From a virus, in the IMG/VR virus record IMGVR_UViG_3300034152_000478, positions 32,001-96,000 of that record: 64,000 bases of DNA; one strand, given 5' to 3'. This document shows, piece by piece, positions 30,331-39,122 of the stretch. Both the position numbers and the translations under genes were made by a program. Position 1 is the first letter of the stretch, and each line of letters starts with the position of its first letter. The notes under the pieces were generated by a model. It was not told where the DNA came from and did no database searches. It saw nothing but the letters and a program-made list of their open reading frames with translations.

Positions 30331-32762
30331 TGAGTTGGTGGGACACAAGGTGGGCGGCCAGACACGCCATTCACACACGAACAGACGGTGACGCCTATAG
30401 CTCTGGTGTTCACTTTCTGCATGTAGATTGTGACTTGGATGGTCTTGTTTCAAACGGCCTGCTGCGTGCTGACTATAAAGACCTGCGTGTTGTCTATCAA
30501 AGTGGCACAACCGTTTCCATAAATTCTCCTTACTTTATAGCCTCTGGTCGCAGTCCGCATCGCATATTCTTTCCAGCCCACAATGAGATTCCAAGAGGGG
30601 TAGACATTGGTGGACATGGCTCAGGTTGGGGTTATTATCTGTATTTTGGATATGATGATGGCAACACATCTGGTCTACCTCCTGAGTATGTGAATCGTAA
30701 TTTCCCACAAGCTCCATATAGTGCAACTACCACCTGGTATAAGCCAACCGGAGCTACTTCTGGATATCGCGACAAATTCCTATACCGCCTCAATGATGAT
30801 CCATCTATAGGAAGTCCAAGTGGTTTTGAAGATGCTACAGGATTCACGAGCGGTCTGGCAGTTTACGACACTGGGAACACAAGCGGGGTGATTAAGGGGC
30901 AACCAGGGAGATTGGATCTTTCTACTGAAATTGAACGATCACAACGCTGCTCAATTCTTGCGATTGACGGCAATGATGGCACCACAGTGCCAAGTGGTGA
31001 TTGGTGTATTGATTTTTGGGTTTATCCATATGCCACTGCTGGTACCAGCTACTGGTTTGTTAAGAAGGATAATACAAATAGTACCACTACCTTTGCCTGG
31101 CCGATAAAAGCCCGAATGATTTATGATGCTACAGATGATGGATTCAATAGTTATTGCACCCAAAAAAGAACGGCATTTTCTGACACCTATAATCAATACG
31201 ACAAGACATCTACTGCTGGTATCGCTGAGAATGAATGGTCTCATTTGCGATTCTATCTTGGTAAGAAATACTACAATGCATGGTCTTGTTTGTTTTGCTA
31301 TCATAACGGCCAACGAAAAGGTATAACAGGCAATTGTGGACCGCCACCTGAACCTTATAAAACACAAATGGAAAGCGGCCATTGTTGTATTGGGGGGCCA
31401 GTTTATGGATTCTCTGCCGAAATTGATGGTAGACTTGAGCAATTCCGATATTCAACTTATCCATGGTTTGCACAAGAAAATTTCAATGAACAAAACAGCA
31501 ATAGCAGATTCTGTCCTCCAGATTGGGTCGACAACGAATATACCACCTACTTGAGTAACATCCAATTGTACGAGCCGACTGCTTCTGGTTCATTCGGTGG
31601 ATGTACATCGGCCACTACCGCATTCGTGACAGTCAGCGGCATCTTTGGCGGCTACATGTTTGGCGGAGTTCTGGGCTATGGAGAATTTGGTGGTTTTGCT
31701 TTTGCACGCCTTGCGATTACCTCTTACTTCGGAGGCTATACTCAGGTAGCCCGTGGAACTGTCAGAGCAGATTTTGGTGGCTTTGTTTTGGGTTTTGCTC
31801 CTGGTGGTGGCACTTGTGTTTTCGGTGCGGTGACCAGCGGAATAGGCACTTTTGTTGATTTTGGCTTGGGAGGATTCGCAAACGCACAAGAGCGCACATG
31901 GAAAAGTGATACTATGGGCTCTAACACTCTCTCATATGCTGGTGATACGCAAGAAGCATTCCGTGGATATGTGATAGGAACATGGACCAGCCCAGATACA
32001 ATCGTAGAGAACGGTTCGCGTGGTCTGGTGAAATCTTTGGCAGATACGCAGCATCGTCAGAAGTTTACCATCGACGGCGAAGTCTCACTGTATGCAACAG
32101 AGGAAGCTGAATTTGATGCTGCTGTTGACATTATCAAGAGAGAGCCCGTGGGGTTTGACTCGTTGCTGATGGTGAGTCGAACGCGCAAAAACCCGTTCAT
32201 ACAAGTCATAGACACCAATATTGCTGGCACTGGCCCATGGACCGTAACTATTACAGCTTCTGGTTATGCTTTTGATAAGAATAACGTGGCTATTGACAAT
32301 GCCATTCACAATGCTTCTGTCGACTGGACCGATGGAGATTATGAGTCTCTGCCGAATACGACAGCCAGCGGCGAAATCTTCAAGTTCACACACGTTTATA
32401 CAGCCAGTGGGCTTTATAAGCCCGTAGTGTCTGTGCAAGACAAGTTCGGCCGCCATGGAGCCGATGATACGACAGTTAATCTGGCCTCCGGACTTAGTCT
32501 TCCGTATATTAAGTTGTTGGCTACACCTCGGCTGGGCACAACACCACCACCGTTCTATGCGGACATCGGAGTAGTGCTTTCTGGCGTACAGAATCCTTAC
32601 AATCTATTCTGGAACTACGGTAACGGAATTCGCTTCTATAATAACGCCACAAGCGGAACTGCCCAGTATGCTTTACCAGGTGATTATATTCCATATGTAA
32701 GAATCAAGGACGCACGAAAAATCTTCGTAGTGGATACACTGCGGGTTGGTTTCAACCAATAG
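30330..32762 (+). CDS. Virion appendage: DUF2341-like N-terminus, LamG/ConA-like lectin domain, FGG repeats, two PKD-like domains
   Basis: WWDTRW...ADYKDLRVV; WCIDFWVYP...WSHLRF...IDGRLEQFRYS; periodic FGG; HVYTASGLYKP and WNYGNG...YALPGDYIP. Confidence 0.6.
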   Translation: MSWWDTRWAARHAIHTRTDGDAYSSGVHFLHVDCDLDGLVSNGLLRADYKDLRVVYQSGTTVSINSPYFIASGRSPHRIFFPAHNEIPRGVDIGGHGSGWGYYLYFGYDDGNTSGLPPEYVNRNFPQAPYSATTTWYKPTGATSGYRDKFLYRLNDDPSIGSPSGFEDATGFTSGLAVYDTGNTSGVIKGQPGRLDLSTEIERSQRCSILAIDGNDGTTVPSGDWCIDFWVYPYATAGTSYWFVKKDNTNSTTTFAWPIKARMIYDATDDGFNSYCTQKRTAFSDTYNQYDKTSTAGIAENEWSHLRFYLGKKYYNAWSCLFCYHNGQRKGITGNCGPPPEPYKTQMESGHCCIGGPVYGFSAEIDGRLEQFRYSTYPWFAQENFNEQNSNSRFCPPDWVDNEYTTYLSNIQLYEPTASGSFGGCTSATTAFVTVSGIFGGYMFGGVLGYGEFGGFAFARLAITSYFGGYTQVARGTVRADFGGFVLGFAPGGGTCVFGAVTSGIGTFVDFGLGGFANAQERTWKSDTMGSNTLSYAGDTQEAFRGYVIGTWTSPDTIVENGSRGLVKSLADTQHRQKFTIDGEVSLYATEEAEFDAAVDIIKREPVGFDSLLMVSRTRKNPFIQVIDTNIAGTGPWTVTITASGYAFDKNNVAIDNAIHNASVDWTDGDYESLPNTTASGEIFKFTHVYTASGLYKPVVSVQDKFGRHGADDTTVNLASGLSLPYIKLLATPRLGTTPPPFYADIGVVLSGVQNPYNLFWNYGNGIRFYNNATSGTAQYALPGDYIPYVRIKDARKIFVVDTLRVGFNQ

Positions 32763-32776
32763 GCAAGGAGTAGCAG

Positions 32777-35700
32777 ATGAGCCATCCATATATTTATGTT
32801 AGCGGCGTGGGTGAGCCACTGATTTTCAATGATAGCGCCAGGATAGATGCTGACTTGGGGCTTCCTGATAGCTTTGGTCAGGTTTGGATAGCGAGCATCA
32901 ATGCCAGCTTTGGCTTTAATAGCACGCCACACACTGTGGAAATGGAGCTTGTTAGCAGAGAGCGCATTACTGTCACAGAAGACCTTATTGAGAATGATTG
33001 TTCTATACAGATTGGTGAGCTGTATTTCATGGGCAAAATAGCCCATATTGACAGCAGTGTGGGAACCAACGGCTTTGTAACTCGCATGCGCTGCGAAGAC
33101 AACAGGGTCAGGCTGCTTAATGAATACCTGGTACATACTGAACCTCTACTGGAGAGCAATATTGATAAATTACTCGTGGTACCACAGGTGCTGGGTACTG
33201 CGGGAACCCTTTACCAGATCAATTCTCCTTTGTATATGATGTCTCGATACGGGGCAACTTATGCTGAGTTGTACCAGGCAATCAACACACTTGGTATCGT
33301 TACGCTACCTCCTCCTGGAGCTATAGCCAACAAACTTGGAAACCAAAAGGCATACCGTTGGGCCTTTAATTTGACGCCGCTATTTGATGCTATATTGCAA
33401 GTATTCGATGACACTGGATATGATGTCTATTTCTACAACAATGAAATTAAACTGATTGATCGCAGTAAATCAATCGAGGTCGATAGCACCTTTTTCGATG
33501 GTCAACACAAAATAGATTACCGTAGCGGCTATGACAACACGATGCGGCCAGACTCCTACTTCATCCTTGGAGCCAGGAAAGAAGGTGGTGTAGGCACAGT
33601 CTCTGGCGTTGTACAATACCAAAATCTTGTGAGTCTTGGCGCAACCTCACTGTCTCCTGCTTGGAATGATATTACTGTTAGCTATCATGATTCAGAAGGT
33701 CGACTACAAACCTACTATCCTACAGATGATGAACTAAAGATGGCACTAAAAAGCATTGAGCACTGGGTATACTTCAAGCGACAGGAGCTGGAAGCAGCCG
33801 GTGACCGAGTGTCAGAAGGCTGGATGGAGTCGAGAATAGATCCTGACGCCTTTGGCCTCCAGGGTAGCTTGTTGGAGTCGGCAATTTCATTCGGTGGTGG
33901 TCGAGACGATGTGTATCGCGTAATCCACAATAGACGATCAGAGAAATTCAATTGGGTGTGTGCTTGGTACGAGGCAGTTGCGCGTCACGCCAGGACATAT
34001 TATGGTAAATTATACTCATGTAGACCAGGCGAAAACTTCTTGCGAAAATGTGAAGTGATTGATGATACCTGGGTGCATGATAATATCGACAATCAGGTGG
34101 TGCCAGATGCGTATTCTCCATTCTATAAAGATGGCAGAATGAGCGCTTTTGCAAAATTCAGCAATACACAAGTTAAAGGGTTTGGTCCGGATGGAACAGC
34201 AACGCCGCTTGCTTTTACTGAATGGAACGAAGATGATAATTTCATCTACATGCCCGTGACTGTTACAATACACTCTCCTACAAGCGAGAAGGATACTCTG
34301 TTCCCTGGTATTACAGAAACACGCATGTTTGTTTCTCTGCCAGAGATTATAGTGGCTGACATTGAACCACATCCTCTGCTGAATAATCTGGGCACAATGG
34401 GCTTTGTCAATCAGTATGATCTGAGCAATCTTGCTACCAGCGGTAGCATTGAGGATCGATTCCAGTTGTATCTATCCAGCAAAGATATGAATGATCCACG
34501 ATTAACCATGGTGCCACTGAGTGGTGTTGACAATTTCTTTATTCCGGTACGTTACAACATTCGCTATGGGGACGATGGTAGTGCTTTGGCTGGAAGCACC
34601 AGTGGTCTTTATGGGGCAGAAATCGATGAGAAATACGCTCCATGGACCAAAACGAATCCTGCCAACCCTGAATCAGACATGTTGGTAAAAGCTCAAAAGA
34701 TAGTAGGGGATGATACAGTAGATGATTTCATAGAGGCGACCATAGTGGGTCTGCCAGAAACCAACTTCTTTGCAAACTTCTCAGATGAGAATTATGCACC
34801 GATTCATCCTTTTACCTCTATCAATGTAACAATCGGCTCAAATGGACTAACAACTCGCTATTCAGCTAAGTCTCAGATCGTTGAATTGGTAAGAGCAAAT
34901 GCTATTGAGTACAGCCGCTTCCAGTCTCGACTTAGCAGAATCCAGCATTGGGCCAACTTTTCTAAGCTTTCTTCTGACTTCAATCTGAATATTGATCTCA
35001 GCCGTGGTGGTATTTTATATGTGAGTCGTCCACCTGCTGGGAAAACGATCACTTCTACAATCGAATCTCGAAAGCCGGAAGAAGAAGTGGTCGAAGTTGA
35101 ACAGAGAAACTTTATCAAAACTGTAGAGATTATAGACGTAAAGCAGGCATCTGTAGCTGATCCTAATGGTGGCACCTCCAATATCACCATGGAGTTTTAC
35201 GCCGGAAAGGATGATAAGGGCTCTTACTGGCCAGCAAATTGGCAGGAAGTAGAGGACACACAATCTGCAGACCCAGGAGAAGAGGAAGAGGATAAGAGAA
35301 ATATTAGGGTTGTATTGGCTGGATTTGGAGTAAGTAAGACGCGAACCAAAATGCGTAAGCGAGGCTTTGCTCCATGCGTGGATGGCTACCTAAGAAAAGG
35401 TATGACTGCCCAATATCACCATGAAGATATCGAGGGTACTATCTACACCTATTTTACAGGCGGGATTGACCTCGCAGATACCAAATATGTGCGCATGATT
35501 ACTGAGGTGCAGAAAGACGAAACCAGTGGGCGCTGGTATGCGGATCTGGAAACTGTATCGCAGGTGCCAAATGTAGATCCTTTCAGGTTCAAGAAGGTGC
35601 CATTTCTCAATAACGATACTGTGGCTGGTCAAAGTTATGCAACTGGTGACAAGGTTGTCGTAGTGTGCAGTAAAGAATTCAAGGGTGGTTCAGCGAACGC

Positions 35701-36115
35701 CACAGCGGACAGTGCGAATGTGGCCAATGAAAATCAGGTATTTCCAACATGGGAAAAAGGCATTGTAAGACCAGAAGGTGATTTCCTGGATTCTGATGGC
35801 CAGCCTAACAATCTCATGTTTATAGATAATCCAAACATGATAGCGGCACTTGCAGTATATGTCGTAGAGCCACCTGATCCAATTACTGGTGTAGGAGGTA
35901 TTGTCGCCGTGGTGAACAATCCATCTAATCAATTCGGAAAGCTGCAAGGTAATGATTCCGAAGAGGGTGAAGACTTAACATTTGTTGGTGTGTCACCCGA
36001 TGTTATTCTTGAGGGTGATTATGGCATCCTCACAAAAGGTCTGAGTAATGAGTGGATTGTGATTATGCAGAAGCCTCTATTCAGCCCATATAATGAATTC
36101 AATCCGAGTGCATAA
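32777..36115 (+). CDS. Putative tail-tip hub/central fibre protein
   Basis: 1112 aa; N-terminal hub-like beta pattern (SINASFGFNSTPHTVEMELV...FMGKI...CEDNR) at the end of the tail cluster. Confidence 0.5.
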   Translation: MSHPYIYVSGVGEPLIFNDSARIDADLGLPDSFGQVWIASINASFGFNSTPHTVEMELVSRERITVTEDLIENDCSIQIGELYFMGKIAHIDSSVGTNGFVTRMRCEDNRVRLLNEYLVHTEPLLESNIDKLLVVPQVLGTAGTLYQINSPLYMMSRYGATYAELYQAINTLGIVTLPPPGAIANKLGNQKAYRWAFNLTPLFDAILQVFDDTGYDVYFYNNEIKLIDRSKSIEVDSTFFDGQHKIDYRSGYDNTMRPDSYFILGARKEGGVGTVSGVVQYQNLVSLGATSLSPAWNDITVSYHDSEGRLQTYYPTDDELKMALKSIEHWVYFKRQELEAAGDRVSEGWMESRIDPDAFGLQGSLLESAISFGGGRDDVYRVIHNRRSEKFNWVCAWYEAVARHARTYYGKLYSCRPGENFLRKCEVIDDTWVHDNIDNQVVPDAYSPFYKDGRMSAFAKFSNTQVKGFGPDGTATPLAFTEWNEDDNFIYMPVTVTIHSPTSEKDTLFPGITETRMFVSLPEIIVADIEPHPLLNNLGTMGFVNQYDLSNLATSGSIEDRFQLYLSSKDMNDPRLTMVPLSGVDNFFIPVRYNIRYGDDGSALAGSTSGLYGAEIDEKYAPWTKTNPANPESDMLVKAQKIVGDDTVDDFIEATIVGLPETNFFANFSDENYAPIHPFTSINVTIGSNGLTTRYSAKSQIVELVRANAIEYSRFQSRLSRIQHWANFSKLSSDFNLNIDLSRGGILYVSRPPAGKTITSTIESRKPEEEVVEVEQRNFIKTVEIIDVKQASVADPNGGTSNITMEFYAGKDDKGSYWPANWQEVEDTQSADPGEEEEDKRNIRVVLAGFGVSKTRTKMRKRGFAPCVDGYLRKGMTAQYHHEDIEGTIYTYFTGGIDLADTKYVRMITEVQKDETSGRWYADLETVSQVPNVDPFRFKKVPFLNNDTVAGQSYATGDKVVVVCSKEFKGGSANATADSANVANENQVFPTWEKGIVRPEGDFLDSDGQPNNLMFIDNPNMIAALAVYVVEPPDPITGVGGIVAVVNNPSNQFGKLQGNDSEEGEDLTFVGVSPDVILEGDYGILTKGLSNEWIVIMQKPLFSPYNEFNPSA

Positions 36116-36117
36116 TA

Positions 36118-38010
36118 ATGGCTAACGAAGAAAAACTCATAGAAGAATTAGAGGCAGCCCGACGCGCTGCTGGTGGAGGCCAAACAGAGCGTTTGAAATT
36201 GCGCTATGCCTATGGTCAGCCTGACCCATTTGTTCTTCCTTTGAATAACTTCGGTGATAAACACTTTGTGGTGCCATTTGATGGCCGCTATATCGAAGAG
36301 GTTATGTTCTACATCAACCTATACAGGCAAAATATGCTTGGTTGGTTGCCGCGATCTTTCAATCTTTATGATGCACATGGTAATCCTACAGAACAACATA
36401 TTCCCAAGGCTTCCTACATCACAAACTCCAGGTTGAATAACGTTGGCTCAATTGTCAATTTTGTACAATATGTAGAAGACCTCAAGGAAGCTGTCGAAGA
36501 AATCATTGTTGAGCCAGATACACTGGCGGCACATTTTGGTCGTTGCTTCAATAGACCACACTTTGATGATCCATATGTATTCATAAGTGAGGGATTACAT
36601 GAACGACGCCCAGTCGAAGTAGAAGCACGACTGACACACCGTGGTGAAGTGTTGCCGTTCTACAATTTCCCTGATACGATCAGCGAAGAGACACTGTATA
36701 ATGCGTTTAACAAGTTCCAATATTACACGCCTTCGCCAAGTCATCCGGCGCGGCAGATTTTGATTGATGCCTTCAAGACAGCCAGCAGACAGTTGCCAAC
36801 TATTCCGATGTTCCAACGTATGGAGAATGGCGAGTGGCCCATAACACGTAATGAATTACTCACAATGCTCGGCCTGGCCATCTACGGCAAACATCCTGAT
36901 CCCATCTATCGACCAGCAGAGCGTGAAGGATACACCAGCGAAACAAATAGATACACTATATCTGATCATAAGCGAATATTCTTGGCGGCCATCTCATTCG
37001 TGATGCAAGCGTTGCGCTTCCAGCCGCCTTTGATAGAAAGATTTCGCCCAGGCCATCCTCAAGTTGATACAAAATGGTGGACAAGTCGCTGGTATTGGAG
37101 AGTTGGTGAAATAGCATACGAGAAAGAAGACTGGTTTATCGAAGAGTTCCCACGCCAGGGCGTCAACAAGATGTGGCGCTTTGAAAATGGCTATTATCAT
37201 ATGATCGGACATGGCTCTGCGCCGGGACAAGGTTTCACCATTGACATGCCATTAGATCGATATGGTAAATCAACTCGCCAGAGAAATTATGATGATGGCT
37301 TAATCGGGCTGGGGCCTGGGCTACTTGGTATCGTGCTGGAGGAAGCTCGCGGAGTAGTGTCACACTTTGAAGAAACACTGCTGACATGGTTTGCTGGCAC
37401 TGCTTTTACTGACATCTATGGCCCGAATGCTCACCGGGAAAGCCAACCGGACAAAAACCACTACTTTTTCCATAAGTACAGTAATATGTTAATAGGTGGT
37501 TCTGCCGGTGTCTATCCTGGCGCTGGAGCCTCAGAAGGGCAAGGTGTTAGCGTGGTAATCCGCATCGATGATGGCAATAATGAGCCGTTCAGTATTTATG
37601 CTTATCATAATGCAGATAGTCAGCCGGGGATTATTTCGCTGCAAGGACTACCAGTTAATATCAATCTATACAATGAATTCCGTGCTCTTGGCCCGCAATA
37701 CGTCAATGCAGCAGACAATTGGCTGAAGATGGTCGGCATTAGGTTGGCAGCACATAGAAACAAAACTGTGACTACACCAATAACAAGTGCCTGGTGTGGT
37801 GGTTTTTACAAAGACTGTGGGCGTTTTTGCGAGAAGCTGCCCGCATCATGTTGCGATGTATATACGCCGTTTCATCATCCTTGTGGGCCAGCATATGATT
37901 TTTGGCGAAGTGGTGGCGGAATTTGGAGACCAGCGCCATCGGTCAATATACCGTACATCGCTATTATCGATGAGAAAATACACAAACCGGAAGACTTCTT
38001 AGACGATTAG
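36118..38010 (+). CDS. Hypothetical (probable tail-associated) protein with a Cys-rich C-terminus
   Basis: 630 aa; WCGGFYKDCGRFCEKLPASCCDVYTPFHHPC. Confidence 0.5.
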   Translation: MANEEKLIEELEAARRAAGGGQTERLKLRYAYGQPDPFVLPLNNFGDKHFVVPFDGRYIEEVMFYINLYRQNMLGWLPRSFNLYDAHGNPTEQHIPKASYITNSRLNNVGSIVNFVQYVEDLKEAVEEIIVEPDTLAAHFGRCFNRPHFDDPYVFISEGLHERRPVEVEARLTHRGEVLPFYNFPDTISEETLYNAFNKFQYYTPSPSHPARQILIDAFKTASRQLPTIPMFQRMENGEWPITRNELLTMLGLAIYGKHPDPIYRPAEREGYTSETNRYTISDHKRIFLAAISFVMQALRFQPPLIERFRPGHPQVDTKWWTSRWYWRVGEIAYEKEDWFIEEFPRQGVNKMWRFENGYYHMIGHGSAPGQGFTIDMPLDRYGKSTRQRNYDDGLIGLGPGLLGIVLEEARGVVSHFEETLLTWFAGTAFTDIYGPNAHRESQPDKNHYFFHKYSNMLIGGSAGVYPGAGASEGQGVSVVIRIDDGNNEPFSIYAYHNADSQPGIISLQGLPVNINLYNEFRALGPQYVNAADNWLKMVGIRLAAHRNKTVTTPITSAWCGGFYKDCGRFCEKLPASCCDVYTPFHHPCGPAYDFWRSGGGIWRPAPSVNIPYIAIIDEKIHKPEDFLDD

Positions 38011-38026
38011 ACGTATCTATAAGTAG
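38011..38026 (+). promoter_or_regulatory. Candidate late-promoter motif (copy 3)
   Basis: ACGTATCTATAAGTAG, running into an AGGAGG RBS. Confidence 0.55.
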
Positions 38027-38035
38027 GAGGATATC

Positions 38036-38674
38036 ATGGCTGTAAGTGGTATTGTGACATTCCATGCTTGCCACAATAGTGGCATCATGATAAGCCAGCT
38101 TGGCTCAGGAACCTACGATCATATGGGTTTCTTTGGGGCTAATGGTGCTTCTGATGCCATTATCGTAGGTAGTTATAACGACACCACTCTGGTGGTAGAT
38201 GCTTCAGGAAATCCACGCACTCCTGTGGCTAACAGTGTCTTGGTCAACAACAAGTATATCCACAGTAGCGGTGTTTCTATATCAGGCTCACCGACTCTGA
38301 TTATCAACAATATCCAAGATGAAGTGCACCTGTCTTCTGGCACGCTTCTGATTTGGTTCCGAACGACTAACAGCGCAAAGGTTAATACCTACAATGCCAA
38401 ACTGTTTGTCTATGATAATACAGCCGATATATATACAGCACCTACAGATGTTGAAGTGGAAGGATATGAGATCAATGCTTCTGGAGTAGGTGTTGGTGGT
38501 TGGTACTCAATGAATGGGTTTGCGGCGGGTGTTAATTTTGTAGATCACGCCCCATCAACAAATTATGCTTTCAATGACACAGAACATAGATGGTATGCTG
38601 GAATTTCACTCAAGCCAATCAGCGTTGGTTTCCTCGATGATTTTGACTTTGTATTCCGATTCCAGTTTGCATAA
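38036..38674 (+). CDS. Putative abundant virion (decoration-like) protein
   Basis: 212-aa beta-rich protein with its own promoter motif, an AGGAGG RBS and a downstream terminator; 8 Ser-Gly. Confidence 0.5.
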   Translation: MAVSGIVTFHACHNSGIMISQLGSGTYDHMGFFGANGASDAIIVGSYNDTTLVVDASGNPRTPVANSVLVNNKYIHSSGVSISGSPTLIINNIQDEVHLSSGTLLIWFRTTNSAKVNTYNAKLFVYDNTADIYTAPTDVEVEGYEINASGVGVGGWYSMNGFAAGVNFVDHAPSTNYAFNDTEHRWYAGISLKPISVGFLDDFDFVFRFQFA

Positions 38675-38716
38675 TCCGTATATTACTAATAGACATTCCT
38701 CCTAACTCAACGTAGT

Positions 38717-38917
38717 TCAGGTTCTCCTCTCTCGCCCTCGGACGTTTCCGGGGGCTTTTTTATTGCGTAGATCCTCGCACTCACCTTTCCAGTACTGTGC
38801 TTCTCGATACAGCCTACATTGTGAGAGTTTGTACTTTAAAAACCAAGCAACACCGTAGCCACCCGTCAGTAGGCCAATGATAACGCCAAATAGAAACTCA
38901 AGCATTCTCTTAAACAT
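38717..38917 (-). CDS. Small membrane protein
   Basis: One hydrophobic segment (LEFLFGVIIGLLTGGYGVAWFL); overlaps the upstream stop and has a GGAG RBS. Confidence 0.5.
   Translation of the reverse strand: MFKRMLEFLFGVIIGLLTGGYGVAWFLKYKLSQCRLYREAQYWKGECEDLRNKKAPGNVRGRERRT
38734..38763 (+). terminator. Rho-independent terminator ending the structural block
   Basis: GCCCTCGGA-CGTT-TCCGGGGGC-TTTTTTAT at the convergence of the two blocks. Confidence 0.8.
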
Positions 38918-39122
38918 CTCCTGCCTCCTCCAATTCTTGTCTAATGGCAGCCAATTCGTTAGCTACTTCGCACAACTTACGCCGTAGCTTGCTACGCTGT
39001 TTGCGTTCTTCATCGTTTTTGGGTTGTGGGAAATTGTTCACTTGCAGTTGTAGCGATCGAGCATAGTTCTCCATGCGCATTTTCTTAGTACGCAGCCGTT
39101 TAAGCTGAGCTAAATCCATCAT
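38910..39122 (-). CDS. Hypothetical coiled-coil protein
   Basis: 70 aa; ATGA coupling to the upstream gene. Confidence 0.55.
   Translation of the reverse strand: MMDLAQLKRLRTKKMRMENYARSLQLQVNNFPQPKNDEERKQRSKLRRKLCEVANELAAIRQELEEAGDV

Noticed and set aside
29404-32762. Repeated C-terminal sequence as a diversity-generating retroelement TR/VR pair
   Set aside because: Differences are mostly synonymous and not adenine-specific, both copies are coding, and no reverse transcriptase is in the window.
1-38674. SG motif as a DNA-level repeat (e.g. TCTGG)
   Set aside because: Ser is encoded by both TCN and AGY and Gly by varied codons, so the signal is at the protein level.
38676-38692. CCGTATATTACTAATAG as a fourth late-promoter copy
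   Set aside because: Spacing and bases deviate from the consensus, and it points into a terminator with no gene downstream.
38717-38917. Holin or spanin call for the small membrane protein
   Set aside because: Only one TM segment and no adjacent endolysin; not supportable.
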